Position numbers and translations under genes: made by a program | Shown here: positions 29,874-40,162 of the stretch, one piece after another | Layout: each line of letters begins with the position of its first letter | How positions within the stretch are numbered: position 1 is the first letter of the stretch | DNA from: a virus | Direction: 5' to 3' (one strand) | IMG/VR virus record: IMGVR_UViG_3300025674_000016 | Span: 64,001 to 128,000 of that record | DNA: 64,000 nt | The notes under the pieces: model-generated | What the model was told of the DNA's origin: nothing | The model's input: the letters and a program-made list of their open reading frames with translations, nothing else | Database searches by the model: none

Positions 29874-31127
29874 ATGTCTGTACCAACTTTAACACCAGCA
29901 AGCCAGACAAGTGCAATCATATTGCCTGTCACGGGCACCCACAGTAATGTAAATTCTGCAACCAATCCGCTTCCATTTGGAGTATACACAACAGATGATT
30001 TTATCTCTGGTGCTGTTGATCAAGTGGCTTTTACTTATAAAAGTTTGGGTGGTGATGTACTTGATATTGAATTAACAGAATATAATGTTTATGCTGCTTA
30101 TGAATGGGCAGTTTTGGAATATTCTTATATTGTCAACATCCATCAATCAAAAAATATTATATCTGATGTGCTTGGAGCGGCCACTGGCACGTTTGACCAC
30201 GATGGTGAAATTAAGACTGGTCCTTCTGGTGTTGCCCTGAAGTTTCCAAGAATGTCTTTCAACTATACAAAGAAAGTTGGAGAAGGAGTTGGAGCGGAAA
30301 TTGGTGTCGGAGGAACACAAAATATATATTCAGCATCCTTCAACATCACTGCCAGTGTTCAGGACTATGATCTCCAACAGATTGTAAGTTCGTCTGCAAC
30401 TGATTCAAGCATGCCCTTCTTCAACAAGGTTGGAGATAAAAGAGTCGATATAAGAAAAGTTTATTATAAATCTCCTTATGTTATGTGGAGGTTCTTTGGA
30501 TATTATGGCGGGCTATCAGTTGTTGGGAACCTGCATAACTATGGCCAATGGTCTGATGATTCAACTTTTGAATTAATCCCAACATGGCAAAACAAGTTGC
30601 AAGCTATGGCTTTTGAAGATTCAGTCTATACAAGAATCTCTCATTATTCATACGAGATCAGAAATAATAAATTAAGACTATTCCCAACGCCAAGCCTTCA
30701 CGCCTCAGAAAAGATATGGTTTGAGTTCTCGGTTAAAGAAGATCCTTGGGATGAAGATTCTGATAGAGCATCTGGTGTCGATGGTGTAAACAACATGAAC
30801 ACCATTCCTCTTGCAAACATACCCTACGCGAACATTAATAGCATTGGGAAGCATTGGATAAGAAGATTTGCTCTGGCGGTTAGCAAAGGCATGTTAGGCA
30901 AGGTTCGTGGAAAATTTAGCACTGTACCTATACCTGGTGAGTCTGTGACTCTGAATTATTCGGAGCTTTCATCTGAGGCAAAAGAAGAAACAGACAAGCT
31001 TAAAGAAGAATTAAAAACAATTCTAGATGAAATGACTTATGCAAAACTGGCGGAACAAGATGCTGCTAAGCTTGAGAACGCAACAAAAGCACAGCAAAAT
31101 ATTCCAGTTACTATCTTTGTAGGATAA
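29874..31127 (+). CDS. neck protein (gp13-like head-tail adaptor)
   Basis: LGGDVLDIEL; WIRRFALAVSKGMLGKVRGKF..IPGESVTLN; position after capsid. Confidence 0.75.
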   Translation: MSVPTLTPASQTSAIILPVTGTHSNVNSATNPLPFGVYTTDDFISGAVDQVAFTYKSLGGDVLDIELTEYNVYAAYEWAVLEYSYIVNIHQSKNIISDVLGAATGTFDHDGEIKTGPSGVALKFPRMSFNYTKKVGEGVGAEIGVGGTQNIYSASFNITASVQDYDLQQIVSSSATDSSMPFFNKVGDKRVDIRKVYYKSPYVMWRFFGYYGGLSVVGNLHNYGQWSDDSTFELIPTWQNKLQAMAFEDSVYTRISHYSYEIRNNKLRLFPTPSLHASEKIWFEFSVKEDPWDEDSDRASGVDGVNNMNTIPLANIPYANINSIGKHWIRRFALAVSKGMLGKVRGKFSTVPIPGESVTLNYSELSSEAKEETDKLKEELKTILDEMTYAKLAEQDAAKLENATKAQQNIPVTIFVG

Positions 31128-31131
31128 ATAA

Positions 31132-31626
31132 ATGAGCGATGATAATCAATGGTCACAGCCACCCCAGCCCCCGCCACCCCTTTTCTTAGGGGAAAAGGAA
31201 CGAGATCTTGTAAAACAAGTCAACGATGAGCTTATTGAACGAGTTATCGGGCAACAAGTGGTTTATTATCCTATAAGCGTGGAACACACAAACTACCATC
31301 CAATTTATGGAGAGGCAATAGAAAAAACATTCCTACCACCAGTTAGAGTGTATGCACTTGTTGAGTGGAACAGTTTTGAGTCTAGCGCAGACACAAGCTT
31401 TGGTATAGATAGAAAATCAGAGATAACTGTTCACTTTCATAAGCGCAGACTAACAGAAGATCAAGATCTTTTTGTAAGAGAAGGCGATTTTGTTTTATAT
31501 GGCGACATACATTATGAGATAGTTACTCTAAGCGAGCCAAAGCAATTGTTTGGCCAAGTCGATCATAGAATAGAAATTTCAGCCAAGTGCGTAAGAGCAA
31601 GAAAGGGGTTGTTTGATGGCAGATGA
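31132..31626 (+). CDS. neck/head-closure protein (gp14-like)
   Basis: IYGEAIEKTF, EGDFVLY..YEIV; synteny. Confidence 0.65.
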   Translation: MSDDNQWSQPPQPPPPLFLGEKERDLVKQVNDELIERVIGQQVVYYPISVEHTNYHPIYGEAIEKTFLPPVRVYALVEWNSFESSADTSFGIDRKSEITVHFHKRRLTEDQDLFVREGDFVLYGDIHYEIVTLSEPKQLFGQVDHRIEISAKCVRARKGLFDGR

Positions 31627-32461
31627 ATATTTAAAAGAAGAAACTTTTTCACCATCATCAATTGAAACAATTGATGGATCTTTACTTAAATTGTTTAAAG
31701 AAGATTTGAAAATCTTTTGTACAACACCAGATGGCTGGAAGCGAGTGCCTGTAATCTGGACATCTGCCGAAAGAAATTTTCAGATAAAAGAAAATAAAGA
31801 TCTTAGAGATTCAAACGGCACGCTTATAAAGCCAGTAATAACAGTTGAAAGAGCATCGGTAAATAAGGATATTTCAAAAAGAGGTTTTATTCACGGAAAT
31901 ATACCAGACATTAATGATGCAAAAGGCGGAACAATAACTGTTGCAAGAAAAATAAACCAAGATAAAACTGCGAATTTTGCTAATGCTGATTCAAAAAAGA
32001 TATACGGTAAAGATAATTTTAGAACCAGAAACCCAAGTGGCAAGACCGTATACGAAACAGTTACTATACCTTTACCCAATTATATTGAAATTCAATATAG
32101 GGTAACTTTATATTCTGAATATCAACAGCAGATAAATGAAATGCTTTCACCTATAATGCTTGCTGGTGGGTCGGTCAATTATTTATTGATCAAGTCAGAA
32201 GATGGCCAGCATTCTTATGAAACCTTTATTGAAGGCAACTTCTCAGACCAAAACAATGCTAGCAACTTGGGCTCTGAAGAAAGAAATTTTCAAACAGAAG
32301 TAAACATAAGAGTTCTTGGATATATTATTGGAGCAGGGCCAAACCAAGAAAGACCTAGAATAGTAAGAAGACAAAACTTTGTTGACGTTAAGATACCCAG
32401 AGAAAGAGTGATAACCGAAGATATCAATGAATTTATAAAGAAGGGATTTTATATAGAGTAA
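31613..32461 (+). CDS. tail terminator/sheath stabiliser (gp15-like)
   Basis: Lies between neck and sheath; VPVIW, IPLPNYIEIQY. Confidence 0.6.
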   Translation: MMADEYLKEETFSPSSIETIDGSLLKLFKEDLKIFCTTPDGWKRVPVIWTSAERNFQIKENKDLRDSNGTLIKPVITVERASVNKDISKRGFIHGNIPDINDAKGGTITVARKINQDKTANFANADSKKIYGKDNFRTRNPSGKTVYETVTIPLPNYIEIQYRVTLYSEYQQQINEMLSPIMLAGGSVNYLLIKSEDGQHSYETFIEGNFSDQNNASNLGSEERNFQTEVNIRVLGYIIGAGPNQERPRIVRRQNFVDVKIPRERVITEDINEFIKKGFYIE

Positions 32462-32482
32462 TTTTCTTTTGTTAAGTAGCTT

Positions 32483-32491
32483 AACTATTTA
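32483..32491 (+). promoter_or_regulatory. putative late promoter motif AACTATTTA
   Basis: Intergenic, before the sheath gene. Confidence 0.7.
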
Positions 32492-32528
32492 CTAGGAATA
32501 AACACCTGTTAAAAGGAGATATTAGATA

Positions 32529-35492
32529 ATGTCTGTTAAAAAGTTTAAATTTGTCTCTCCCGGCGTATCTGTCGCAGAGATTGATAAAAGTAGATTGGCA
32601 ACTCAAATTTTTAGAAGAGGGCCTATTCTTTTTGGTCGTGCAGAGCGCGGCCCTTCGATGAGGCCAGTGAGGGTTGCTTCTTTCTCTGAGTTCGTTGAAA
32701 CATTTGGGGAGCCGATCCCCGGCGGTAGAGGAGGGGATGTCTGGAGGGATGGTAACTATACTTCCACCACCTATGCCTCCTATGCTGCTCAGGCTTATTT
32801 AAGAAATAATGCTCCTGTTACATTTGTTCGATTGCTGGGGAGTAAGCATGGTGACGTAGATGAAGGTCAAGGCGAAGAGACTCCTGGGTGGGATTCTGGC
32901 GCTCATACTGCCACGGGTGGCGGTGCTTACGGTCTTTTTCTTTTTGATTCTGGCACCATTGGAGAAAGAGTTCCCGGTACTCTAGCCGCTGTCTGGTATA
33001 CAAACGATGCTAACACCATTATCACCCTAACTGGTAACTTCGCACATGACAGCGCTAACGCGACTTCTTCTATTGGAGCTTTGGTCCCCTCTGTTGGAGA
33101 CTCAAGGGAGTTTAAGGCGGAAATTAGAAACGGAGCAACAGTATCTGAAAAAATAACTTTTAACTTTGACAGAGCTTCTGACAAGTTTATTAGAAAAGTT
33201 TTTAACACAAACCCAACACTAACCAACGGTGCAATGATCGCCTCCAATCAACTTAAAAAATATTGGCTAGGCGAAACCTTTGAGGGTGCATTAGATAAAG
33301 TTGGGACTGGCGCTGGTGGTGTTCTAACCGCCGCCAGCTCTTCTGAGGGCGATACTCACGGTGCTATTCTTGTTTTGAGCAATAACGACACTACCAAGAA
33401 GAGATTTGGAAATCTTAAGCAAGATACAAGTGATTCTAAGAGTGGGTGGGTTATCTGTCAAGATCTAGGAGCACCAGAAAATTATATTGCAGAGAACTCA
33501 CAAAAATTATTTAGGTTTATCACAAGAAATTCTGGTGAGTGGGATTCTTCAAACCTAAAAGTTTCCATTCAAGATATCAAGCCTTCGAACAGTGAATTCA
33601 ACCCTTATGGTAGCTTTACTGTGGTGGTTAGAAGCACATCAGATAACGACTATTCGCCTCTAGTTAGAGAAAGATTTGAGAACGTGAATTTAAATCCAAG
33701 TTCTAATAGATATATTTCTAGAGTTATTGGTGATAAGTATGTGCTCTGGGATGAAACAGAAAGAAGGCTAAGAGAATATGGAACTTATGATAATATCTCT
33801 AGCTTTGTTAGAGTGGAAGTGTCAACAGAAGTAGAGGCAGGAGGTGATCCAAGATGGCTTCCTGCTGGCTTCTTTGGCCCACCTAGGTTTAAAAAATTCA
33901 CAGTATGCACTGGTTCTGCGCCAATAACATTTGGGGCTTCTTTAACATCGTCTGTAGATCCCAATGCAATGGGGCTCCCAGCCAGCCAGTTAACAGCGCA
34001 TGCTCACCTATCATCATCAGCAACAGGGTTCCACCTTGTTCTTTCTAAGAAGCCAAGCGCCTTGGCTGTTGACAACTTCCTTGGAGATATTACTTTTCCC
34101 AAGTTTAATCTTAGAAATTCTAGCGTGGACTCAACTTTAAGAGGCCCCACTACAGCGTATTTTGGAGTTGATACTCGCAGAGGTGCAAATAGCAGGCTCT
34201 TTGATGAAACTTCGATTGATTTGGCGAGACCAAAGCCTCAAGGCGTAGCAAGCCACGACACTGATAGCAATACAGAAAATAGTTTTATCTTTACGCTAGA
34301 TGATCTAAGCGGAAGTAGCGATTTTGGAGACAATACTACAATTATTGATCTAGTTTATGTATCAGGCTCCAGAGCAAGCAACACCTCAGTGACTGCTGTG
34401 GGTCTAAACGGTTCAAAAGCAAGTATCAATGCTTCTTTTACAAGCTTATTGGAGTATGGTTATAACAGATTTACACTACCACTATTTGGTGGCTTTGACG
34501 GTTTCGATGTAACAGAAAGAGAACCCTTAAGAAACTCTTTAATTCAAGATGACGACTCAGACACAACAAACTATGTTGTCAATACCTATAGGCGAGCAAT
34601 CGACATGATCCAAGACGTGGAGAATGTTGATGTTAACTTGGCTGCTGTGCCTGGCTTAACAAATGCAACACTAACATCAAGGCTAATTGATAACTGCGAG
34701 CAGCGCGGGGATGCAATGGCTGTTATTGATGTTGAGGGTGATTATACTCCAATCTATGAAGCTAAATCTGACACCCAAGAAAGAGATAGACTTGGGTCTG
34801 TAAGCACAGCAGTAAGCTCTTTGAAGGCCAGAAACCTCAACACCTCGTATGGTGCGGCGTATTACCCTTGGGTGCTTGTCAGGGATTCTGTTAGCACTGG
34901 CCAGATTATATGGATGCCACCTAGTGTTGTTGCTCTGGGAGTTATCGGAAATAGCGCAAATAGAAGTGAATTATGGTTCGCGCCAGCAGGGTTCAACAGA
35001 GGTGGGCTTACAAACGGAGACTCTGGCTTAACAGTTGTTGGTGTAAGACAAAAACTCTCTGCAAGAGACAGAGACAATCTCTATGAACAACACATCAACC
35101 CAATCGCTAGCTTCCCTGCGGAGGGCATTGTTATCTTTGGGCAAAAAACCCTTCAAGTAACGCAGTCTGCTCTTGACAGGATCAATGTTAGAAGGTTGAT
35201 GATTTTCCTTAAAAAGGAAATCTCATTCGCAGCCAGCCAGATTCTCTTCGACCAAAACGTCAGAGAAACTTGGTCTAGGTTCACTGGTCAAGTCAAGCCT
35301 TTCCTTGAGAGTGTTAAATCTAGATTTGGTTTGGTTGACTTTAGGCTGGTTTTGGACGAAACCACCACTACCCCCGACCTGATTGATAGAAATACTGTTT
35401 ATGCAAAGGTGTTTATCAAGCCAGCAAGGGCAATTGAATATATTGCACTAGACTTTGTTCTTACGGCAACTGGTGCTTCTTTTGACGAATAA
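32529..35492 (+). CDS. tail sheath protein (gp18-like)
   Basis: SPGVSVAEID, YYPWV, WFAPAGFNRG, GQKTLQ, DRINVRRL. Confidence 0.96.
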   Translation: MSVKKFKFVSPGVSVAEIDKSRLATQIFRRGPILFGRAERGPSMRPVRVASFSEFVETFGEPIPGGRGGDVWRDGNYTSTTYASYAAQAYLRNNAPVTFVRLLGSKHGDVDEGQGEETPGWDSGAHTATGGGAYGLFLFDSGTIGERVPGTLAAVWYTNDANTIITLTGNFAHDSANATSSIGALVPSVGDSREFKAEIRNGATVSEKITFNFDRASDKFIRKVFNTNPTLTNGAMIASNQLKKYWLGETFEGALDKVGTGAGGVLTAASSSEGDTHGAILVLSNNDTTKKRFGNLKQDTSDSKSGWVICQDLGAPENYIAENSQKLFRFITRNSGEWDSSNLKVSIQDIKPSNSEFNPYGSFTVVVRSTSDNDYSPLVRERFENVNLNPSSNRYISRVIGDKYVLWDETERRLREYGTYDNISSFVRVEVSTEVEAGGDPRWLPAGFFGPPRFKKFTVCTGSAPITFGASLTSSVDPNAMGLPASQLTAHAHLSSSATGFHLVLSKKPSALAVDNFLGDITFPKFNLRNSSVDSTLRGPTTAYFGVDTRRGANSRLFDETSIDLARPKPQGVASHDTDSNTENSFIFTLDDLSGSSDFGDNTTIIDLVYVSGSRASNTSVTAVGLNGSKASINASFTSLLEYGYNRFTLPLFGGFDGFDVTEREPLRNSLIQDDDSDTTNYVVNTYRRAIDMIQDVENVDVNLAAVPGLTNATLTSRLIDNCEQRGDAMAVIDVEGDYTPIYEAKSDTQERDRLGSVSTAVSSLKARNLNTSYGAAYYPWVLVRDSVSTGQIIWMPPSVVALGVIGNSANRSELWFAPAGFNRGGLTNGDSGLTVVGVRQKLSARDRDNLYEQHINPIASFPAEGIVIFGQKTLQVTQSALDRINVRRLMIFLKKEISFAASQILFDQNVRETWSRFTGQVKPFLESVKSRFGLVDFRLVLDETTTTPDLIDRNTVYAKVFIKPARAIEYIALDFVLTATGASFDE

Positions 35493-35502
35493 AATATATT
35501 TC

Positions 35503-35511
35503 AACTATTTA
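35503..35511 (+). promoter_or_regulatory. putative late promoter motif AACTATTTA
   Basis: Intergenic, before the tube gene. Confidence 0.7.
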
Positions 35512-35542
35512 TTAAGAATGAAATATATCGGAGGATTTTAAG

Positions 35543-36133
35543 GTGGCTTTTTTTACAGAAAAAACACTCAACCCAAAAAGAAAATTTAGATGGGTTGTCG
35601 ATATCGGTACTGGTAATGATACTAATAGTATTTTAAGAGTGGCTGCAAAGTCTGTTCAGAAACCAAACTATACACTAGAGACGACACAGCATAAATTTTT
35701 AAATCATCAATTTAATTACCCGAACAGGGTTATCTGGCAGCCTATTGATATCACATTTGTTGATCACCTAGGTCGAGGAGGAACCAGTGTCTCGTCGAGA
35801 CTTTACGCCTTGTTACTATCTTCAGGATATCAAATCCCTGCAAACCCCTTCAACTGTGAGCTATCGCCAACTAAAAACAGAGCAGTTGGGGCGCTAGGCA
35901 GTGTAAAGATCGTTCAACTATCAGGTGATGCAGGACGCGCACGATTTACAGTTGATGAAATAGACGGCAGAGCGCCGGGTGCCCCCCAACGGTCTGATGT
36001 AATTGAAACATGGACCCTAGGTAACGCCTTTATTTCCAAAGTTACTTTTGGAGATTTGTCATATGATGATGATGGATTGGTGGAGATCCAATGCACCTTT
36101 ACTTATGACTATGCTGAATTTCAAGGCAAATGA
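35543..36133 (+). CDS. tail tube protein (gp19-like)
   Basis: PKRKFRW, WQPIDITFVD, ETWTLGNAFISKVTFGDLSY, FTYDYA. Confidence 0.88.
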   Translation: MAFFTEKTLNPKRKFRWVVDIGTGNDTNSILRVAAKSVQKPNYTLETTQHKFLNHQFNYPNRVIWQPIDITFVDHLGRGGTSVSSRLYALLLSSGYQIPANPFNCELSPTKNRAVGALGSVKIVQLSGDAGRARFTVDEIDGRAPGAPQRSDVIETWTLGNAFISKVTFGDLSYDDDGLVEIQCTFTYDYAEFQGK

Positions 36134-36163
36134 CGCTAGAAACACTTAATATAAGAGGAGAAA

Positions 36164-37003
36164 ATGTCTAGAAACAATCAAGATCGCTTGAGTGTGCAGG
36201 CACCAAGCGACGATTCAACACCCCAACCTGCAACAAACAATCAATTACAATTTGTAGTACCAACAGAATTTGTAGAGTTACCTTCTAAAGGTTTATTTTA
36301 CCCTCCCGATCATCCTTTAAATTGCAAAGAGGAGATAGAGATAAGGTACATGACCGCAAAAGAAGAAGATATCTTGACAGATAAGGTTCTTTTAAAGAAG
36401 GGAATTGCTATCGATAGAATGATGGCGAATATAATTGTCGATAAGACAATTAAGCCACACACTCTTCTTTCTGGCGATAGAACGGCAATTATGATCGCTG
36501 CAAGAAAGTCGGCATATGGTCCTGAGTATGATACAAAGGTTGCATGCCCATCTTGTTTTTCTCAAGGAAGACACACCTTTAATCTTGAGAACGCACAAAA
36601 TAAGTTTAATCTAGGCGAAGATGTTGCCCATATAAATAGCAATCTAAATATCACCATAACAACCCCCAGAACAAAGGCGGAGCTTGAGCTTAGACTGATG
36701 ACTGGTGCAGATGAAAAAAGAATTATTGATGACCAGAACAATAATAAAAAACACAATCTACCAGAAAACAATCTTATAAACCAATTAAGGGCAATTATTG
36801 TTTCAGTTAATGGAAACAAAGACAGACAATATATAAATTCTTTTATTGAAGTTGTTCCTGCTTTTGATTCCAAGTATATCAGAGAAGTATATAAGAAAAA
36901 CTCACCCAACGCTGTGCTAAAGGAGGAATATGTCTGTGGCGAATGTGGCGCATCTAATACACTTGATGTCCCATTTACCACAGACTTTTTTTGGCCTAAG
37001 TGA
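36164..37003 (+). CDS. baseplate hub/tail assembly chaperone (gp26-like)
   Basis: VELPSKG, YMTAKEEDIL, two CxxC pairs, ends FFWP. Confidence 0.8.
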   Translation: MSRNNQDRLSVQAPSDDSTPQPATNNQLQFVVPTEFVELPSKGLFYPPDHPLNCKEEIEIRYMTAKEEDILTDKVLLKKGIAIDRMMANIIVDKTIKPHTLLSGDRTAIMIAARKSAYGPEYDTKVACPSCFSQGRHTFNLENAQNKFNLGEDVAHINSNLNITITTPRTKAELELRLMTGADEKRIIDDQNNNKKHNLPENNLINQLRAIIVSVNGNKDRQYINSFIEVVPAFDSKYIREVYKKNSPNAVLKEEYVCGECGASNTLDVPFTTDFFWPK

Positions 37004-37181
37004 AAAATATCAAGCAAATGTTTATGAAGAGTTTTTTCTTCTTAAACATCATGGAGGTTGGAGCTTTATTGAAGCTTACAACCTGCCAGTAAGCTTGAGA
37101 AGGTGGTTTCTTGAAAGATTAACCAGACAGTTCGAAGAAGAACGAGAACAAATCCAGCAAGCAAAAAACTCTAGTAGCTAG
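36984..37181 (+). CDS. gp51-like chaperone C-terminal segment, probably reached by frameshift
   Basis: +1 frame overlapping a T7 run; FFLLKHHGGWSFIEAYNLPVSLRRWF; no convincing RBS. Confidence 0.6.
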   Translation, partial: TFFGLSEKYQANVYEEFFLLKHHGGWSFIEAYNLPVSLRRWFLERLTRQFEEEREQIQQAKNSSS

Positions 37182-37198
37182 AATTAAATATTGTTTTA

Positions 37199-37207
37199 AA
37201 CTAGTTA
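37199..37207 (+). promoter_or_regulatory. putative late promoter motif AACTAGTTA
   Basis: Intergenic, 29 nt before 37237. Confidence 0.55.
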
Positions 37208-37236
37208 GTTCAGAACAAACAAGAGAGGTTTATGTT

Positions 37237-37569
37237 TTGGAAAAGCTAAATGAAGACAAATTGCAGCCAGTTATTATTGATCTGACCAAAGCAGATAAAT
37301 TAAATGAAAGTTGGTATAGAATGTTTGGAGCCTGGATTAAAATGTTTCTGGGACACACCTTTGATTTAAATGATTATAATTTTAAAGTTAGAGGAACAAA
37401 AAGGCAACTAGATAGCTTGGCAAAAGCCCTAGGGGCTGAGAAGAAATATTTAAAAGCGTTTACAAGATCCGGCCTCAACAGCCCCAGCACCCTTAAAAGT
37501 AAATCCAAACTTCAAAAAGCAATCTCTATGTTTGAAAAGGCAACCGGTATAAAGTGGCCTTTAAAGTAA
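37237..37569 (+). CDS. hypothetical protein
   Basis: 110 aa; two LNE sites near the N-terminus. Confidence 0.6.
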   Translation: MEKLNEDKLQPVIIDLTKADKLNESWYRMFGAWIKMFLGHTFDLNDYNFKVRGTKRQLDSLAKALGAEKKYLKAFTRSGLNSPSTLKSKSKLQKAISMFEKATGIKWPLK

Positions 37570-37589
37570 AATAAAGAGGTTTCTGTTAA

Positions 37590-40145
37590 ATGAGTGATCC
37601 TTTTAGCCAAGATGAATTAGATAGAATTAATGAAGCAGTTCAACAAAAGATTGAACTCATAAAGCAGACCAATATCTATAAAGAGCAATTAAAAAACGTC
37701 AACAATCAACATGAAAAACAAATCCTCAATTTAAATGTTGAAAAACAAGCTTTTCAAGAGATACTCCAAATGGAGATTGATAGAGTAAAAGCAAGTGCTC
37801 AGGGCGGCAGACTCAATCAACAGCAAATAGAAACCATACAGCATCTAAAAAGAGAACAGTCTCGCCTTAATGGTGTTTTAAACCAAACAGTAGAACTTGA
37901 AAGACAGCGGTTGGAGGCTCTAAAAGAGTCAGAAGCAGCGGCAGAGCAAGTTGTTAAACAAATAGCTGTTGCAACGCTTGGTATGAAAAAGTTCGAAGAT
38001 ACCTTTTTAGGTACTTTATCCAAGGCGGATTTTGCTTCTTTATCAAAAAAAATGGGAGAGTATTTTACTCTTCAAAACATTGGATATACAGCAATTGAAA
38101 AGGTTGCGTTTGAAACCTTCAATCTTGCAAGAGAGCAGGAGTCAGCCATAACTGCTTTTAAAATAGCAACAGCCGCAGGGGATAAATATAATGATCTGCT
38201 TATAAGTTCTCAAATGCAATTAAGAACATTTGGTGTTTCAATGGAGGACACCGCAGATGCCGTTGCAGATTTATATGAAAACACATCTCTATTCACAGAG
38301 ATGTCAGAAAGATCTAAAAAAGTTTTAGTAGAAAATGTGGCTTTATTGGATAAGTTTGGTGTAGATGGCGCTAAAGATATTGAATTTTTAACAAAAGCTC
38401 TAGGAATGAATGCCGATCAGGCTGCAATGGTCACAAGGGATCTAGTCGGTATGTCCAGGGCGATAGGCTTGCCAGCGAAAACTGTCATGAGGGAATTTGG
38501 GCCAGCAATGTCAAAGCTTGCTGCTCATGGTGAAGATTCAATAAAAATTTTCAAAGGCATGGCAGCAGCAGCAAAAGCAACCGGTGTTGAAATAAACACC
38601 CTTATAGGTTTGGCCGGTCAGTTTGATACATTTGAAGATGCAGCGCAAAGCGTAGGAAAATTAAACGCAATCCTTGGTGGGCCTTATCTAAACTCAATTG
38701 AAATGATAAAGGCCAGCGAAGAAGACAGAATAAGAATGCTAATTGAATCAATAAATCTGTCAGGCAGATCTTTTGAGGATTTGAGCAGATACGAGAGAAA
38801 GGCGGTTGCTTCTGCGGCAGGCATAACTAACATGGCCGAAGCAAACAAAATATTCAATACAAGCTTAGAGGCATATGATATAGCACAGTTTAAAGCTCAA
38901 CAGGCAAAAATGTCTCAAGAAGAATTTAAAGAAGCAACAAGAGGGCTGATGAGTCTTTTTGAAAAGTTAAAGCAAATTGCCGCTAATTTTGCAGTTTCCA
39001 TGAGACCAGTTATTGATGTCTTTATACAAGCAGCAGACGCAATTTTGGAATTTCAAGAAAACATGGGCGAGTCTTTTGGAATGACTGTCTTGATCGGAGG
39101 GGCAATTTTAATGCTTGTTGGCAGTTTTACTGCTATTATTGGTTCTGTTTTGGCATTCGGTCTTGCCTTAGCAGGCACTTTAGTTACCATGTTTACCTTT
39201 GGGTTATTTGCTCCCAAAATAGGCAAAGGACTTTCTGCTATTTCCACCGGAATGCTCAAGGTATCAGCATCAGCGATTGGCCTTGGAGCAGCAACGCTTT
39301 TGTTTGGTGCCGGTATAGGTTTGGCCGCAACCGGCTTGGCTGCCTTTGTAAGCTCTTTTTCTTTGCTTGACAAAGATCAACTAATTGCTGTAAAAGAAAT
39401 TTTATATGACTTTGCAATCGCTGTTGGTGTATTGACTGTTGGTATGGTTGCGGCAGTTGCAGTTATCGCTATGTTTAGTGGTCTTGCGCCGAAGCTTGCA
39501 ATAGGTGTTGCTATAGTGTTTGGACTGGCGCTTGCATTTGCTGCTGTCGCTACAAGTGTTGGAATAGCAGCAGCAGGAATATCCTTGATAGGGTTTAGCG
39601 TTGCCTCCTTGGTAAAGGAGTTGAATAAAGAAAAAGCAATAGAAAATTTAAATCAACTTGGAGCTACCTTGGGCACAATGGCCCTCAAATCCCTCTATAT
39701 AGTTCCTGGTATTATAGCCATAACTGCCGCCGTTGCCAGACTAGGCGTTGCCCTTAAAAAGATGGTAGACGATGTTGGTTTAGATGAAATGAAAACACTA
39801 GTAGATCTATTAGAAAATATTGATAAATTTAGTGGAGGCTCCGTTTCAGTAGCTTCTCCAAAGGGAGGCGCAACACCATCATCACCATTCACCAACATGG
39901 CAAGCGCAGTGTCAGGACTAACAAAAGAAAAGGTCGATCAAGCGGAAAGGCTTGTTGGAGTTGCGAAAACATTTAATATTTCAAATAACAACTTTAGTGC
40001 GACCCAATCAGACAATTTTAAAAATAGTTTAGGCCCTCTTGCCACAGCAAAAGAAGTTTCTTTAGAAATAGACGGAGATCAATTTGCTAGGATTGTGGCT
40101 CCGTATATTGGAAAAAGATTAAATATTAAAGCAAGAATGAAATAG
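37590..40145 (+). CDS. tape measure protein
   Basis: Ala-rich helical 851 aa with a long hydrophobic block; follows tube and chaperone genes. Confidence 0.8.
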   Translation: MSDPFSQDELDRINEAVQQKIELIKQTNIYKEQLKNVNNQHEKQILNLNVEKQAFQEILQMEIDRVKASAQGGRLNQQQIETIQHLKREQSRLNGVLNQTVELERQRLEALKESEAAAEQVVKQIAVATLGMKKFEDTFLGTLSKADFASLSKKMGEYFTLQNIGYTAIEKVAFETFNLAREQESAITAFKIATAAGDKYNDLLISSQMQLRTFGVSMEDTADAVADLYENTSLFTEMSERSKKVLVENVALLDKFGVDGAKDIEFLTKALGMNADQAAMVTRDLVGMSRAIGLPAKTVMREFGPAMSKLAAHGEDSIKIFKGMAAAAKATGVEINTLIGLAGQFDTFEDAAQSVGKLNAILGGPYLNSIEMIKASEEDRIRMLIESINLSGRSFEDLSRYERKAVASAAGITNMAEANKIFNTSLEAYDIAQFKAQQAKMSQEEFKEATRGLMSLFEKLKQIAANFAVSMRPVIDVFIQAADAILEFQENMGESFGMTVLIGGAILMLVGSFTAIIGSVLAFGLALAGTLVTMFTFGLFAPKIGKGLSAISTGMLKVSASAIGLGAATLLFGAGIGLAATGLAAFVSSFSLLDKDQLIAVKEILYDFAIAVGVLTVGMVAAVAVIAMFSGLAPKLAIGVAIVFGLALAFAAVATSVGIAAAGISLIGFSVASLVKELNKEKAIENLNQLGATLGTMALKSLYIVPGIIAITAAVARLGVALKKMVDDVGLDEMKTLVDLLENIDKFSGGSVSVASPKGGATPSSPFTNMASAVSGLTKEKVDQAERLVGVAKTFNISNNNFSATQSDNFKNSLGPLATAKEVSLEIDGDQFARIVAPYIGKRLNIKARMK

Positions 40146-40162
40146 TGGGAGTTTAAAAGCAA

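Noticed and set aside
36141-36148. AACACTTA as a late promoter before the gp26-like gene
   Set aside because: One base short of the consensus; position is plausible but it was not counted
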